DNA of 60,905 bases, the filler included, from Jimgerdemannia flammicorona (lineage: Eukaryota): the NCBI GenBank assembly GCA_003990765.1. It is 3 parts of 3 records of this genome, joined end to end, with 100 filler letters (N's around TTAATTAATTAA, not from the genome) between each part and the next. Parts side by side here need not be neighbours in the genome. Positions count along the whole stretch, not along the records: positions 1 to 20,238 come from RBNJ01001726.1; positions 20,339 to 40,574 come from RBNJ01001727.1; 1 more part is not named here. One strand, given 5' to 3'. The number at the start of each line of letters is the position of its first letter. The stretch's first letter is position 1. The position numbers and the translations under genes are program-made. This document shows positions 14,100 through 24,533 of the stretch, piece by piece. The notes beneath the pieces were generated by a model. That model was not told the DNA's origin. It saw nothing but the letters and a program-made list of their open reading frames with translations, and ran no database searches.

Positions 14100-14746
14100 A
14101 TAATACATTCAAGAATAATATATTTTTTAAAATATTTAAAATAGAGTTTGATTATAGCTTCAACTATCAGCTAATACAATATATATATATACTACATAGT
14201 TCATATTATTAATCTGGCTGTTTAAGTTTATTTAATCTGTCTGAAGACTGATTATGATGGAGAAATAATTTCAAGGCTCTGAATTAGCATTATTTAGATC
14301 TAGTTATTACTACAGCATCATAAGAGATTTACTATATAATATAAAGTCTATAGAATAAACAATCCAAAGGAACTTATTTTAGATATTAAGACTCAGTAGA
14401 AATTGAGATATTCAATAATTAAATGGGCCATCAAATTATTAGAGGCAATTATATTTAATTAAATTTAATTTATTAGTTAAGCATGGGTCCATAATTATAC
14501 CTGGGTCTTATCTAATGAATTAATTTTTATTAATAGCTCCTAAATTCAACAGTTATAGTTGATAAGGATTTGTAACTATATATTATTAGAGATTATACTT
14601 TGCAGTTATTAAAAGATATTATTTTGGTGTTAAAGAGTTTCCAACATATAACAGATCTTATAACTCAGCAAAAATATCTAACAATTTATTCTGGTATTTT
14701 GATTTATAACTTTTTACTAAATATATTAGATGATAATTACAAAGTA
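14100..14746 (+). mobile_element. AT-rich hAT transposase relic
   Basis: Decayed PKELILDIKT..(TRW region) and LLKDIILVLKSFQHITDLITQQKYLTI, typical of the hAT catalytic region. Confidence 0.55.
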
Positions 14747-16742
14747 TTTTTATTTTATTTTTTTTATTTTTATTTTTTTTTTATTGTCTCTTGGACTCCT
14801 TTCTTTATTAATACACCATCTATCCTTAATATACTGTACCCACCCCTACCTGATCCCCCTAGGCCCCCCCTCCCTCTCCCCACTCTCTCTTAATGAAAGA
14901 TCACTTTGTCATTCACCATCACCACCTATCCACCACTCTGTTCACAGATCTCTTCTACTAGATGGTGATGTCACCTACCCTGGGGACCCCAACCAACCCA
15001 CCATTCAATCAGTAAATCTCCCATCAATCCCTCCCATCTTAATAACTTCTCCTGTATACCCATCTGCTGTCCCTCCTCAAAAACAAAGAGCCAATGTCCA
15101 GCCAACCCTATTTATACAGCTAGCATCCACCCTACAGTGAGCTATCCATTGCCCACACTACTCACTAACCAAGATTTCAAATCCTCCCAGCGACCTCTCT
15201 CTCCATCTGGCCTCCTCTCTACACCCATCCAGTTCCCTACTGCTATCCAAAAGTCCCCCAGAACCTTACACTCTCCTAGCCAATATTCTGGCATCTGCAT
15301 AAATCTCCCAACTTACTCTATATTATAACACTCCTCACAATCCAATCATCCACCATCTACCAGATGTCCAGCATGGAAATTCAACATGACATTACTCCAC
15401 AGCATCTGCTATCATACCACCCAGAACTTAGGAGGAAGCCACCTCTGCACCTCAGCACTCTATGATCAGACTTCTGCCCAGTCCCACTTCTTACTAATTC
15501 TCACTGCCTGCTAACTACTCAGTCATAGATCCTGACCAAGTCCCTGCTGACACTCCACTCCTTTACCAATGTCAAACTCAGCAAGTAGAATACCCCCCAG
15601 AAGAAGTCTGTCCTATTGCCATATAGTCAGACCCCACAGCATCTTTCCCTCATTGCTCTGCCAGCACAGGCCTATTCAGTATACTCTATTTACCACTCTC
15701 TACTAGAAGCCCTTATACCATAGCCATCAGCTTCCATCTAGACCTATCAGAGATAGCAAATCTCCTGAAGACTCTTGTGGAGAGAATCTCATCTCTCACA
15801 CCTTCTGCATCAGTAGTACCCAGCACCCTCCCTGCAGTTCAATAGCCCTTTTCAACCACCAAGCTCATAGGCATACAGCCTCTTAGGAAAATCCACTAGG
15901 CCTAGCCCTCTCTGAACCACTGGTAATGCAAGAGTGTCTCAACTGATCTGAGACTGCCATCTTGCCCAAATCTAATCTCTAGTCAGTTTCATCAGTCTCT
16001 TCACTACCCAAGCTGGAAAGTCCAAATGATAAGCAACATACCACAGCTTGGAGAATCAGTAGACATTCAGAATTGACACCCAGCCTGCTAGGGAGATGTG
16101 GTGACCTCCCCAACCTCTAAGAGCCTCCCCCCAAATGGCCACCCTCCTCTCCCACCACACCCATGGCAATACCGAACCATATATAGAAAGGAAGTTGCCC
16201 AGATATCTCACTGTCTCTCCTGTAGGGACAATTGTTCCAATGATGTCCTCTCCCACAAGCCCATTCTCCAGCACTATCATCTCACACTTATGTCAGTTGA
16301 GTTTCGCCCCAGAGTATATCTCATACCATTCCACCATCTTCTTAAGTATCTTAATATCTGCCACTGAGCCAAGTCCAACTACCATATCATCTGCAAAGGC
16401 CCCAACCTTCTACACCACACTATATACAGAGAGCCCTGCCACCTTCTGTCATATCCTATCTATCAAAGGTTCTAATGAAAGAGCATAGAGGATAGTAGAC
16501 AATAGATCTCTCTGCGGAACTCCTCTTCCTAAAGGGAATGCTAGACCCCAGTGATCATTACACATCAGTGCTACCCTACTTCCCTTCAACAGATTCAACA
16601 TAGAAGCTTGAAATTGTGAGAGAACATCAATTCTATCCAGCACCTTACCCAGCCACACCCACTAAATATAGTTATAGGCCTTTTCCTGGTCCAAAAAGAC
16701 CAGTCTTCCATCCAATCCACAAGCTCCTACTTCTTCAATAAT
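14747..16742 (-). mobile_element. L1/Tx1-like LINE 3' part (RT C-terminal half + poly(A)), interrupted by an LTR element
   Basis: FPLGRGVPQRDLLSTILYALSLEPLIDRI and VRYLGNFL motifs; T-rich tail followed by ATTGTCTCTTGGACTCC, a variant of the family 3' end. Confidence 0.85.
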
Positions 16743-18798
16743 TGTAAGCGCACAACCTCCAAGCCACCGAAATTACACGTCACCCTCTGAACAAGCCACC
16801 GAAATTGCATGCGACCTCTGAACAAATCTGGAAATCACCTGCTTGATCACGAAGCTGAGTCAAACCGAAGTCACAGCACACAAAGCTGAGTCAATACGAA
16901 GTCCCGGAATACAAGATCTACACAAATGGAATCTTACCAATCAGAACCAAATGCATATATACCGAGCACCGAGACGCATCGAATCAGAGAACCAAAACAA
17001 ACAATAACCACAACTTCCAAACACACAAACATGACCACTGAGATCTACAACCATGTCCGTGCTGATATTTGGAATGCCATTATCAACCGAGCTACACCCC
17101 CTCTGCCCCTCATGAATATCTATAGCCTGGCACCCCTCTACTTTGTGGAAGCCCGATGGAACACCCTGAACATACTTAGCGAGGCCCACTGAATCGGACA
17201 AATCTCAAGCTACTACCAGATCGGCCGCCTCCTGGAAGACATGGTCGAACACCACCATGATACAGACATTACCCAGATGTCTCAACACCAGAAGCTCATC
17301 ACCTGCAAACATTGAGAACTCTTCTATAAGTACAACACCTTTATTCCCCGCCTCCGAGTCACTACCAGCGAAATGATTGCTATCCTGTCCTATGGCCAAA
17401 TCGACGACATGATACAAGAACTCAACCACAAGTACCTCGAATATGTCCAGACCACAGACGGAACCTTCCTGCACCCTTATCCTACAAATGCCTCAAGTCG
17501 GATATACCATGAAGGACATCTATGATATAATCCACTTCGATGAAGATGAAGCAGAAGACAATGATCCCTCTGATACTGACATGACCTCTAGCCAAGGATC
17601 TCTGCCAACCCTGATCACTCCGCCAACCTTGCCAATGAACTTACAACAGTTCATAACAGCATACAAGACTTATTAGGACAATGACCACTGGCACGAATAC
17701 CAACCTGCGTTCACCCCTGATTACTTCAATTACAATGAAGAGACCAGAGAACACAACCTATACCTCCAGACAACTCTCGAGATCGAACCAACAACCCCAC
17801 CACCTGAGTATGAGCGACATGAACCACAGCCGCCAGCTTACTACAATCTTGCAACTCATAGTGCTGTAACCTATAGAAGGTACGCAGACAGCGAATCTGA
17901 TGAAAGTGAAGACAATACACCCATCCTTTGCCTACCAACACCTTATCCAGCATACAAACAGACGATGCTATCCTGTGGGATAGAGATGAAGTCCCAATGT
18001 ATTACTACCTCAGCCAACAAGGAGAAGTAATCCGCGAACCATTATTCCTAGATGATTACTTCATCAGAGATGATGCAATTGATGGTGATGTCATTGAAGA
18101 CTACCCAGACAGTGCCTAAACCCATAAATAGCCTAGCAGTCATAGTATAGTTAGATTAGCCTTATACGATGTGACTGTGAACTGACTCAGCAGTCAGATA
18201 ATCTCTTGACATATCAGATCACACTTGTACTACATGACTGCATTCTGACTCAGCAAAGCACTTAGTGCTATATCCATATTCAGCATAGTCCAGATAGCCC
18301 CTCACTAGTATAAATACCCCCTCCCCCAGACCTCAGAATCTCAGACTTGAACAATCCGAATACAACTCCTGAGCACTTCCCCACAATACTCCCTGATACA
18401 AATACTTCTAGTATAGCAATACCATGAATAGCAAATAAATCTATTCCATAACCCACAAACCACTCTTAAGTAAATCTACTCCCTGTTAGGTCCCACTCCT
18501 AACCCCCTCACGAAATTTCCTAATTGGGTATTGTCTGCAGTGATACGCCAATTCAACTAAGCTGGTCTTAGTTTCTTGAACTTCCTGAAATACACAAAAT
18601 CCTGAACATCCAGAACTAGTCCGAAAAAAGGACTTTGGTTGAGACATCAACCCAAGCTTGAAATCAATAAGCGTAGAGGATGTACTCCATATGAAATTGA
18701 TCTTGACCATAAGAAAACGGTCTTCCAGAACATCCAGAATATCCAGAAAACTTTTCCAGAACTACATAATGGTCACCCTAAAAAGTAACCCTCTTACA
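16743..18798 (+). mobile_element. 2056-bp 5' LTR of an LTR retrotransposon
   Basis: Terminal inverted hexamers TGTAAG (16743) and CTTACA (18798); internal TATAAATA (18309-18316) and AATAAA (18434-18439); PBS follows 3 nt later; inserted into a LINE RT. The 3' LTR is lost in the gap, so the LTR cannot be confirmed as a direct repeat. Confidence 0.75.
16926..18119 (+). pseudogene. Decayed ORF(s) of unknown function inside the U3 part of the LTR, with acidic tracts and two PPxY motifs
   Basis: ORF pieces 16926-17192, 17443-17676 and 17928-18119 extend through single TGA/TAG stops; frame 1 reads IEPTTPPPEYERHEPQPPAYYNL at 17782-17850. Confidence 0.6.
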
Positions 18799-20238
18799 AC
18801 TTGGTAGCAGCAGTTTACAATCCAATTCCACTTCAAGACGCTTCCTTACCCTACTACAAACCCCTCTGCGAATTCCTACAAGTTGGTATAAAGCCCAACC
18901 TCTGAACTGGAATTTATCTGAACCATCTGACAATCTGGAGAGAATTGAACCTGACATACAAGGACAATTTGACCTCCACACCTGCAACAAGTGGGACAAA
19001 CTTCATTCTAAGAAAGAAATACTCCAGTTAAACCAGCAAATAGGTGAAACCCTATTCACCAAACTCCTTGCACTACATCCAGCAAGCCAAGATGAAGAAG
19101 GTCTTATTGAAGCCTTCTTTACTCTTCTCAACAAGAGTTTTGTCAGCTCCACAAATCCGAGCGACCTAGGACAACCAGCAGCAGTCTTTCTAGCCTTAGT
19201 TCCTCACAAAGCCCAAGCCTCTGTAGCCAAGTGGCTCAACTCTACTGACTTTCACCATACCAGGACCAAGACTGCATTATACTACCGATTCCAGAACAGC
19301 AAGGCCCGCCATATTCTTAAGGAAGAAGCAAGAGAAACCCTTCACCAACTACCTGACCCCGAACCTGAAGCAGGCCCTGCTATAGCTCTACCTGAATCTG
19401 AAACCAATACCGAACCTGAACTTGACTTTGAATTAAGTCCATCCAAAATCAGATATACAACTGATTCTGTCTACTTTGACGCTGAGCAAATCCAATTACA
19501 CAGGGACCAAACCGAAGAAGAGGAGGAGTATCTCACCGAATTCAATCCCGGATATACCACTGAGGGAGACACACGTCCATCAGGACAGAATACACCTACA
19601 CAGTAACAAACAGTTATCTATCAAGCTCTCACTCCAGATCCACAACTACTACTCCAGCAACTTACACAGACACAAAGGACCCCATCACACTCTGCACCAG
19701 TACCTCAAGTAGTACCAGTAACACCACTACCAGCAGTCGAGCCGCCTCCAGTAAACAACATGGCGAACCAACAGATTCTAGACCTCACAGCCCAAGTAGC
19801 TATAATGGCAGCAACCATTACTGCCTTAGCCGAACAGACCTGACCTACCAAAAATCTGAGCCTACTACCTACCTTCAATGGTACTGCACAAGAAGTCTAA
19901 AGCTTCATTAGTGTAGTTGACACCAACTTCGAAGCCAATCAATGGACTAATGAGTGAGTCGCTGACCACGTTCTGACAAACAATCAAGACCACACTCTGG
20001 AACAACTCTTTGCTACCACTACAGCCTATGTCCACCGAGTTGTTACATTCTTCCGAGGACCTGCCGAAGAATGGTGGTGAACCCTTCCTGAAAAACCCCT
20101 CCATGGGATATCCGACCTGCAGTAGTTGCTCAGAATGCAGCAAACAATGCCCCAGGATATGGAGCCCATCCTGCAGCCCCTGGACTCAAACAACTCATGA
20201 TTGCTCAATACCACAGCAAAACCATGATTGCTGAATCT
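18782..20238 (+). pseudogene. gag of the LTR element (first ATG at 19760) with an in-frame Met-free extension of about 325 codons
   Basis: Frame open 18782-19603, single TAA at 19604, then in frame to MANQQILDLTAQVA...LPTFNGT...FRGPAEEWW (retrotransposon gag-like); cut by the gap. Confidence 0.7.
18802..18813 (+). promoter_or_regulatory. Primer-binding site TGGTAGCAGCAG, probably initiator tRNA-Met
   Basis: TGG start 3 nt after the LTR end; TGGTAGC is complementary to the GCUACCA 3' end common to eukaryotic initiator tRNAs. Confidence 0.7.
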
Positions 20239-20338
20239 NNNNNNNNNNNNNNNNNNNNNNNNNNNNNNNNNNNNNNNNNNNNTTAATTAATTAANNNNNN
20301 NNNNNNNNNNNNNNNNNNNNNNNNNNNNNNNNNNNNNN
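20239..20338. other. Assembly gap with artificial TTAATTAATTAA spacer
   Basis: N runs flank a 12-mer that puts stops in all six frames; the same construct occurs at 40575-40674. Confidence 0.95.
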
Positions 20339-20355
20339 AAAAAAAAATAAAAAAA

Positions 20356-20392
<37 letters not shown>

Positions 20393-22562
20393 TAAAAAAA
20401 TATATAAGAGTTATATAAGAGGAGTGGAATACAGTAAAGAAAGCTCTAGATTATAAGTATAAATATAAGTATAAGTATAAGTAAGATTTGTAAGTATAAG
20501 TACTCAGTCTGCTTAGCTAGCTCAGTCTACTCAACTGATAGCTGATATTATATATAAGTAGCTATAATATCAGCTATATATATATCATATTAGTTTATCT
20601 GACTGAGCTTGTTCAAACTTGTAAGTATAAGGCTTGCAAAGCCTGGCTTATATAAATCTTATTTTAATTCTACTTATAAATCTTACTATAAATCTCACTT
20701 AAACATTATTATAAACTTTACTCAATTGGAGCTTATACAGAATATACTAAATCTTTAAAGTATATTTACTATTTGTAGTTGTATGATAAGTATCAGTTCA
20801 CTATCTATATATATTTATTTATTCATTCTCTATTCATCTTTAGATAATAAAATTAGTAATAAGAAATTATATACTTATTACTATTAATTAATCTTTAGCT
20901 ATCATATCTTATACTACCACCTTACTACTCTCTATTTTGTTATCTTCAAGCTTACTGACTTCTGTTCTAGGTCCTACAGTTTCTGGCTTCTTCTGTCACT
21001 TATTACCTCTAACTCTCTCTCTAGTTTACTATTCTTTAGCTCACTTACTATTTCCAACTTCTATCTTCCAGTTTACTGCCCCCAGCTCATTTCTCACTAC
21101 TATTCAGTTTACCTCACTACTTTCTAGCTACTTTCTAGCTCTCAGCCTCTCACTCAAGCTCTTAGTCTCTACTATTATCAAATTCTTTTTTGAAATATCT
21201 AAAGATTAAGAACTAAATTTAAGAGAAATTTCTGAACTATTAAATGATATATATATATCTAAGAATATATCAGAGAATATATCAGATATCTCTACTAGTT
21301 TGTTATTGCTAATGAGTATAAGAAAAATAATAAAAATAAAACCTGATAATAGCTAAGTGTGAAATTATATCACAAAGGTAGTTTTATATATTATACTAAT
21401 TATTGCGGTTATAAAGATAGTCAATTATAAGAGTAGTTAGTTATAAAGATAGTTAGTTATAAGTATATATAGTTGAGATTCTAATATAGTCTCATATATC
21501 TCTATTCAAATAGAATTTATAAAGCAAGCTTATTAGTTACAACTATTATATAACTTAAAGCTATATATTGAAGAATAGCAATATTAGTAATTTTAAATAA
21601 TATCTCTGAAAGTATTACAATACTATACTCTTATCTTTCTAGTATACTAAGAATTCCCACTGGTCTAAGAAAAATAATATTATAAGTATAGATAGAATGA
21701 AATTCATAAAGTACTTAGGAGATTATTAGAAAAATAATTTATCAAATTTTATTATTATAAATAGGAATATACTAGTAAGACTTAAGTAATGAGAATTTTT
21801 ATTAATTAATTGCCAACTTCATTATCACTGGGTATCAGTTATTTTCTACTATTGAAAACTCTAACTTTAAGTATCTTCTTCATATATTATGCCCTAATCT
21901 GATCCTTCTATCAACTGATATGATTTCACAAGTTATTCAAATTATTGTAAACTCAAGTAAAAGTAAAACTAGTAGAGCTCAAGTTGAAGATATTACTTAT
22001 ACTTAATTATTAGATATTGGATGTTAATATTAAAATCTTTCTTAGAATAACAGCCTATTAGATTAAAAGATATATAATATTATTTTAGACTTTATAAATA
22101 TCAGTAAAATAATATATATAGGTACTAATCTTATGAAGAGTCTGAAGCTGATAATAGATAATTTGTTACCTAGTAACAATTAAATTATTACTATTATATA
22201 TAATAATGCTAGTAACAATAATACTCTATTTGAGAATCTCTATCATCTACTTACTTATATATACTATTTTAGATATATATTAAATCTTGTTATTTCTCTT
22301 AGTTCTCTTAATAAGCTTATTAGAAAGCTACATAAGTTAATAAAAAAGATTAAAAATTTAGTATAATAATAAGCATAACTAATAAAAGTCTATAAATCCT
22401 TCAGAATTTCCATTTTGAAGTCTCTCTTAGATATTATAATAAAATAGTATTATATATATATAATATTAGTACATACTCTAAAGATTCATAAGATAAGATT
22501 TTGAATTTATTTGTATAGATTTTAGAATATAATTTAAAAGTATTTTAGTACTAAATAAATTA

Positions 22563-22899
22563 AGAGGAGGAAGAAGGCCCAGCGGGAGCCAAGGGAGCGA
22601 ACCCAGAGCCAGTGTCAAAGCGAATGGAAGACATGTGGAAAAGTATGTATAAGGGAGATGAACAAAGAATGTAACTGAAATTGCATCAGCCATTTATTGC
22701 CACGTAAAAACACGGTCCTTATATACAAAATACAACATCCCAAAAGAGAGGACGCGCCACAACTCGGGGCAAACCAAATTAGGAACCACATGACCGCCGG
22801 AGATAGGCGGAGATAAGAGGGGAGCCAATCCCAGTTGCAGGATAAAAATCACAAACAAACACAAATAAAACAAATCCAAATCGAGATTAAAAAACATCC
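22563..22899 (-). repeat. 337-bp inverted partial pLTR (left terminal inverted repeat)
   Basis: Reverse complement of 26709-27045 and of 23051-23387. Confidence 0.95.
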
Positions 22900-23387
22900 T
22901 TGCCCCCTCCGGGGTCTCGCGCTCGCTCCGGGGTCTCGGCCTTACTCTGCTCCCCTCTGCTGCCTTTGGCCCCTCGCTTCGCTCGGGCTCGCTGCAGCTC
23001 GCTCCATTTCGGCCTCACCCCTCACTCATGCTCACCCCTCCGGGGTCTGCAGATGTTTTTTAATCTCGATTTGGATTTGTTTTGTTTGTGTTTGTTTGTG
23101 ATTTTTATCCTGCAACTGGGATTGGCTCCCCTCTTATCTCCACCTATCTCCGGTGATCATGTGGTTCCTAATTCGGTTCGCCCCGAGTTGTGGTGCGTTC
23201 TCCCTTTTGGGACATCGTATTTTGTATATAAGGACTGCGTTTTTATGTGGTAATAAACGGCTGATGCAATTTCGGTTACATTCTTTGTTCATCCCCCTTA
23301 TACACGCTTTTCCACATGTCTTCCGTTCACTTTGACACTGGCTCTGGGTTCGCTCCCTTGGCTCCCGCTGGGCCTTCTTCCTCCTCT
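22885..23387 (+). repeat. 5' pLTR, 503 bp, with TATA-like GTATATAAG (about 23224), AATAAA (about 23252) and the first 72 nt of ORF1
   Basis: Direct repeat of 26543-27045. Confidence 0.95.
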
Positions 23388-24533
23388 GCTGTACCACCTG
23401 CCCTCGGGGCCTCCGTCCTCGTCAACAAGCTCATGGATGAGGTGCTTCCTCCTCCCCCTCCCCCTGCCTTTACCCCTGCCACTGTCTCCTTCGAGACCTA
23501 TGTCTCTTCTGCTATCCTTTCCCTCCCCCTGGACCTTCGTCCTTCTGGTCGTCCGCTCCTCTCTCAGTTCCGGTCGGTTCTTGCCCTCTCCGCCAAGGAG
23601 GCTCGTCTCCGCCGTGATGTCGACATCATCACTCCGCCCACCATCCGCTACTCTGTTCTCCCCGAGGCCCGCCGCCAAGCCCTCTCCGAGGAGGTCCGTG
23701 CCGCCACTGCTGCCGCCAAGCTCGCCGCCGCTGATACCGCCGCTGCTTCTGCCGCCACCACCTCCACCTCCTTCCAACGTGTCTGTGCTGCTTTCATGGC
23801 CTTTGCCTCCTCTTGCCTTTCAGATGCTGCCCCCTTCTGCAGCTTCGCCATCCAAGACGTTTCTTCTGTCGCCGCCGACATCGACGCTATACATTGCTTC
23901 CTCCTCGCTGGCACCTCTTTTGTTGCTCACCTTCACGAGCAGGAGTCTTCTCGTGCTGCCGCCGCTGCTCGCGCCGCCACCACTGCTCCTGTGCCTGCCT
24001 CCCCTGAGGTTTCGGTCTCCGAGGCTATCCATGCCGAAGCTTGTGCTACTGCTCATGCTGAGGTTCGTTCCTTCGCCACTGCCGCCACCAAGGCCCCCTT
24101 CAAGACCTCCGCCAAGACCCCCGCCAAGCCCAACCAGGCTTCGTCGGCCTCTTCCCGGTCCCTCTCCCCCACCAAGGCTTCCTCCTCCGTTCCCCCTGCC
24201 CCCAAGCGTGGCCGCCAACTTGGTTCTCGCCCTGTCGGGGCCTGGCCTTGTGCTGTCTGCTCCGGTCACCTCCACCATGCCTACTGGCACCCGGCCAAGT
24301 CCATCTGTCCTCATGGTGGTGTTCCTCGCACTGCTGCCCCTTCAGCTGCTCGCTCGCCTTTGGCCTCCTCCACCAGTTCCTCCTCCGCCTCCTCTTCTCG
24401 TGCCCCTGAATATAAGGGCTGCATGAAAGCCTGTGGCCGCAAGGTCTGGCACTCTGACGGGGTGTGCTCTCGTTCATCGAGTTTGCCATCTTCAAAAAAA
24501 GTCAGAGGGAAGGAGAAGGCCTCCCGCTCTTAA
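23316..24533 (+). CDS. PLE ORF1, 405 aa, Ala/Ser/Pro-rich with helical core and two C-terminal Cys/His clusters
   Basis: Intact ATG-TAA ORF; CAVCSGHLHHAYWHPAKSICPH and CMKACGRKVWHSDGVC; basic C-terminus. Confidence 0.75.
   Translation: MSSVHFDTGSGFAPLAPAGPSSSSAVPPALGASVLVNKLMDEVLPPPPPPAFTPATVSFETYVSSAILSLPLDLRPSGRPLLSQFRSVLALSAKEARLRRDVDIITPPTIRYSVLPEARRQALSEEVRAATAAAKLAAADTAAASAATTSTSFQRVCAAFMAFASSCLSDAAPFCSFAIQDVSSVAADIDAIHCFLLAGTSFVAHLHEQESSRAAAAARAATTAPVPASPEVSVSEAIHAEACATAHAEVRSFATAATKAPFKTSAKTPAKPNQASSASSRSLSPTKASSSVPPAPKRGRQLGSRPVGAWPCAVCSGHLHHAYWHPAKSICPHGGVPRTAAPSAARSPLASSTSSSSASSSRAPEYKGCMKACGRKVWHSDGVCSRSSSLPSSKKVRGKEKASRS

Noticed and set aside
20283..20294. TTAATTAATTAA palindrome, also at 40619-40630
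   Set aside because: Artificial six-frame-stop spacer inside N gaps; adjacency across the gaps is not evidence of real linkage.
23258..23280. Hammerhead ribozyme at GGCTGATGCAATTTCGG in the pLTR
   Set aside because: CTGATGC lacks the conserved CUGANGA core and no GAAA follows on the same strand.
23332..24495. Overlapping alternative-frame and antisense ORFs in PLE ORF1 (364 aa etc.)
   Set aside because: Expected shadows of C/T-rich, stop-poor sequence; low complexity and no motifs.
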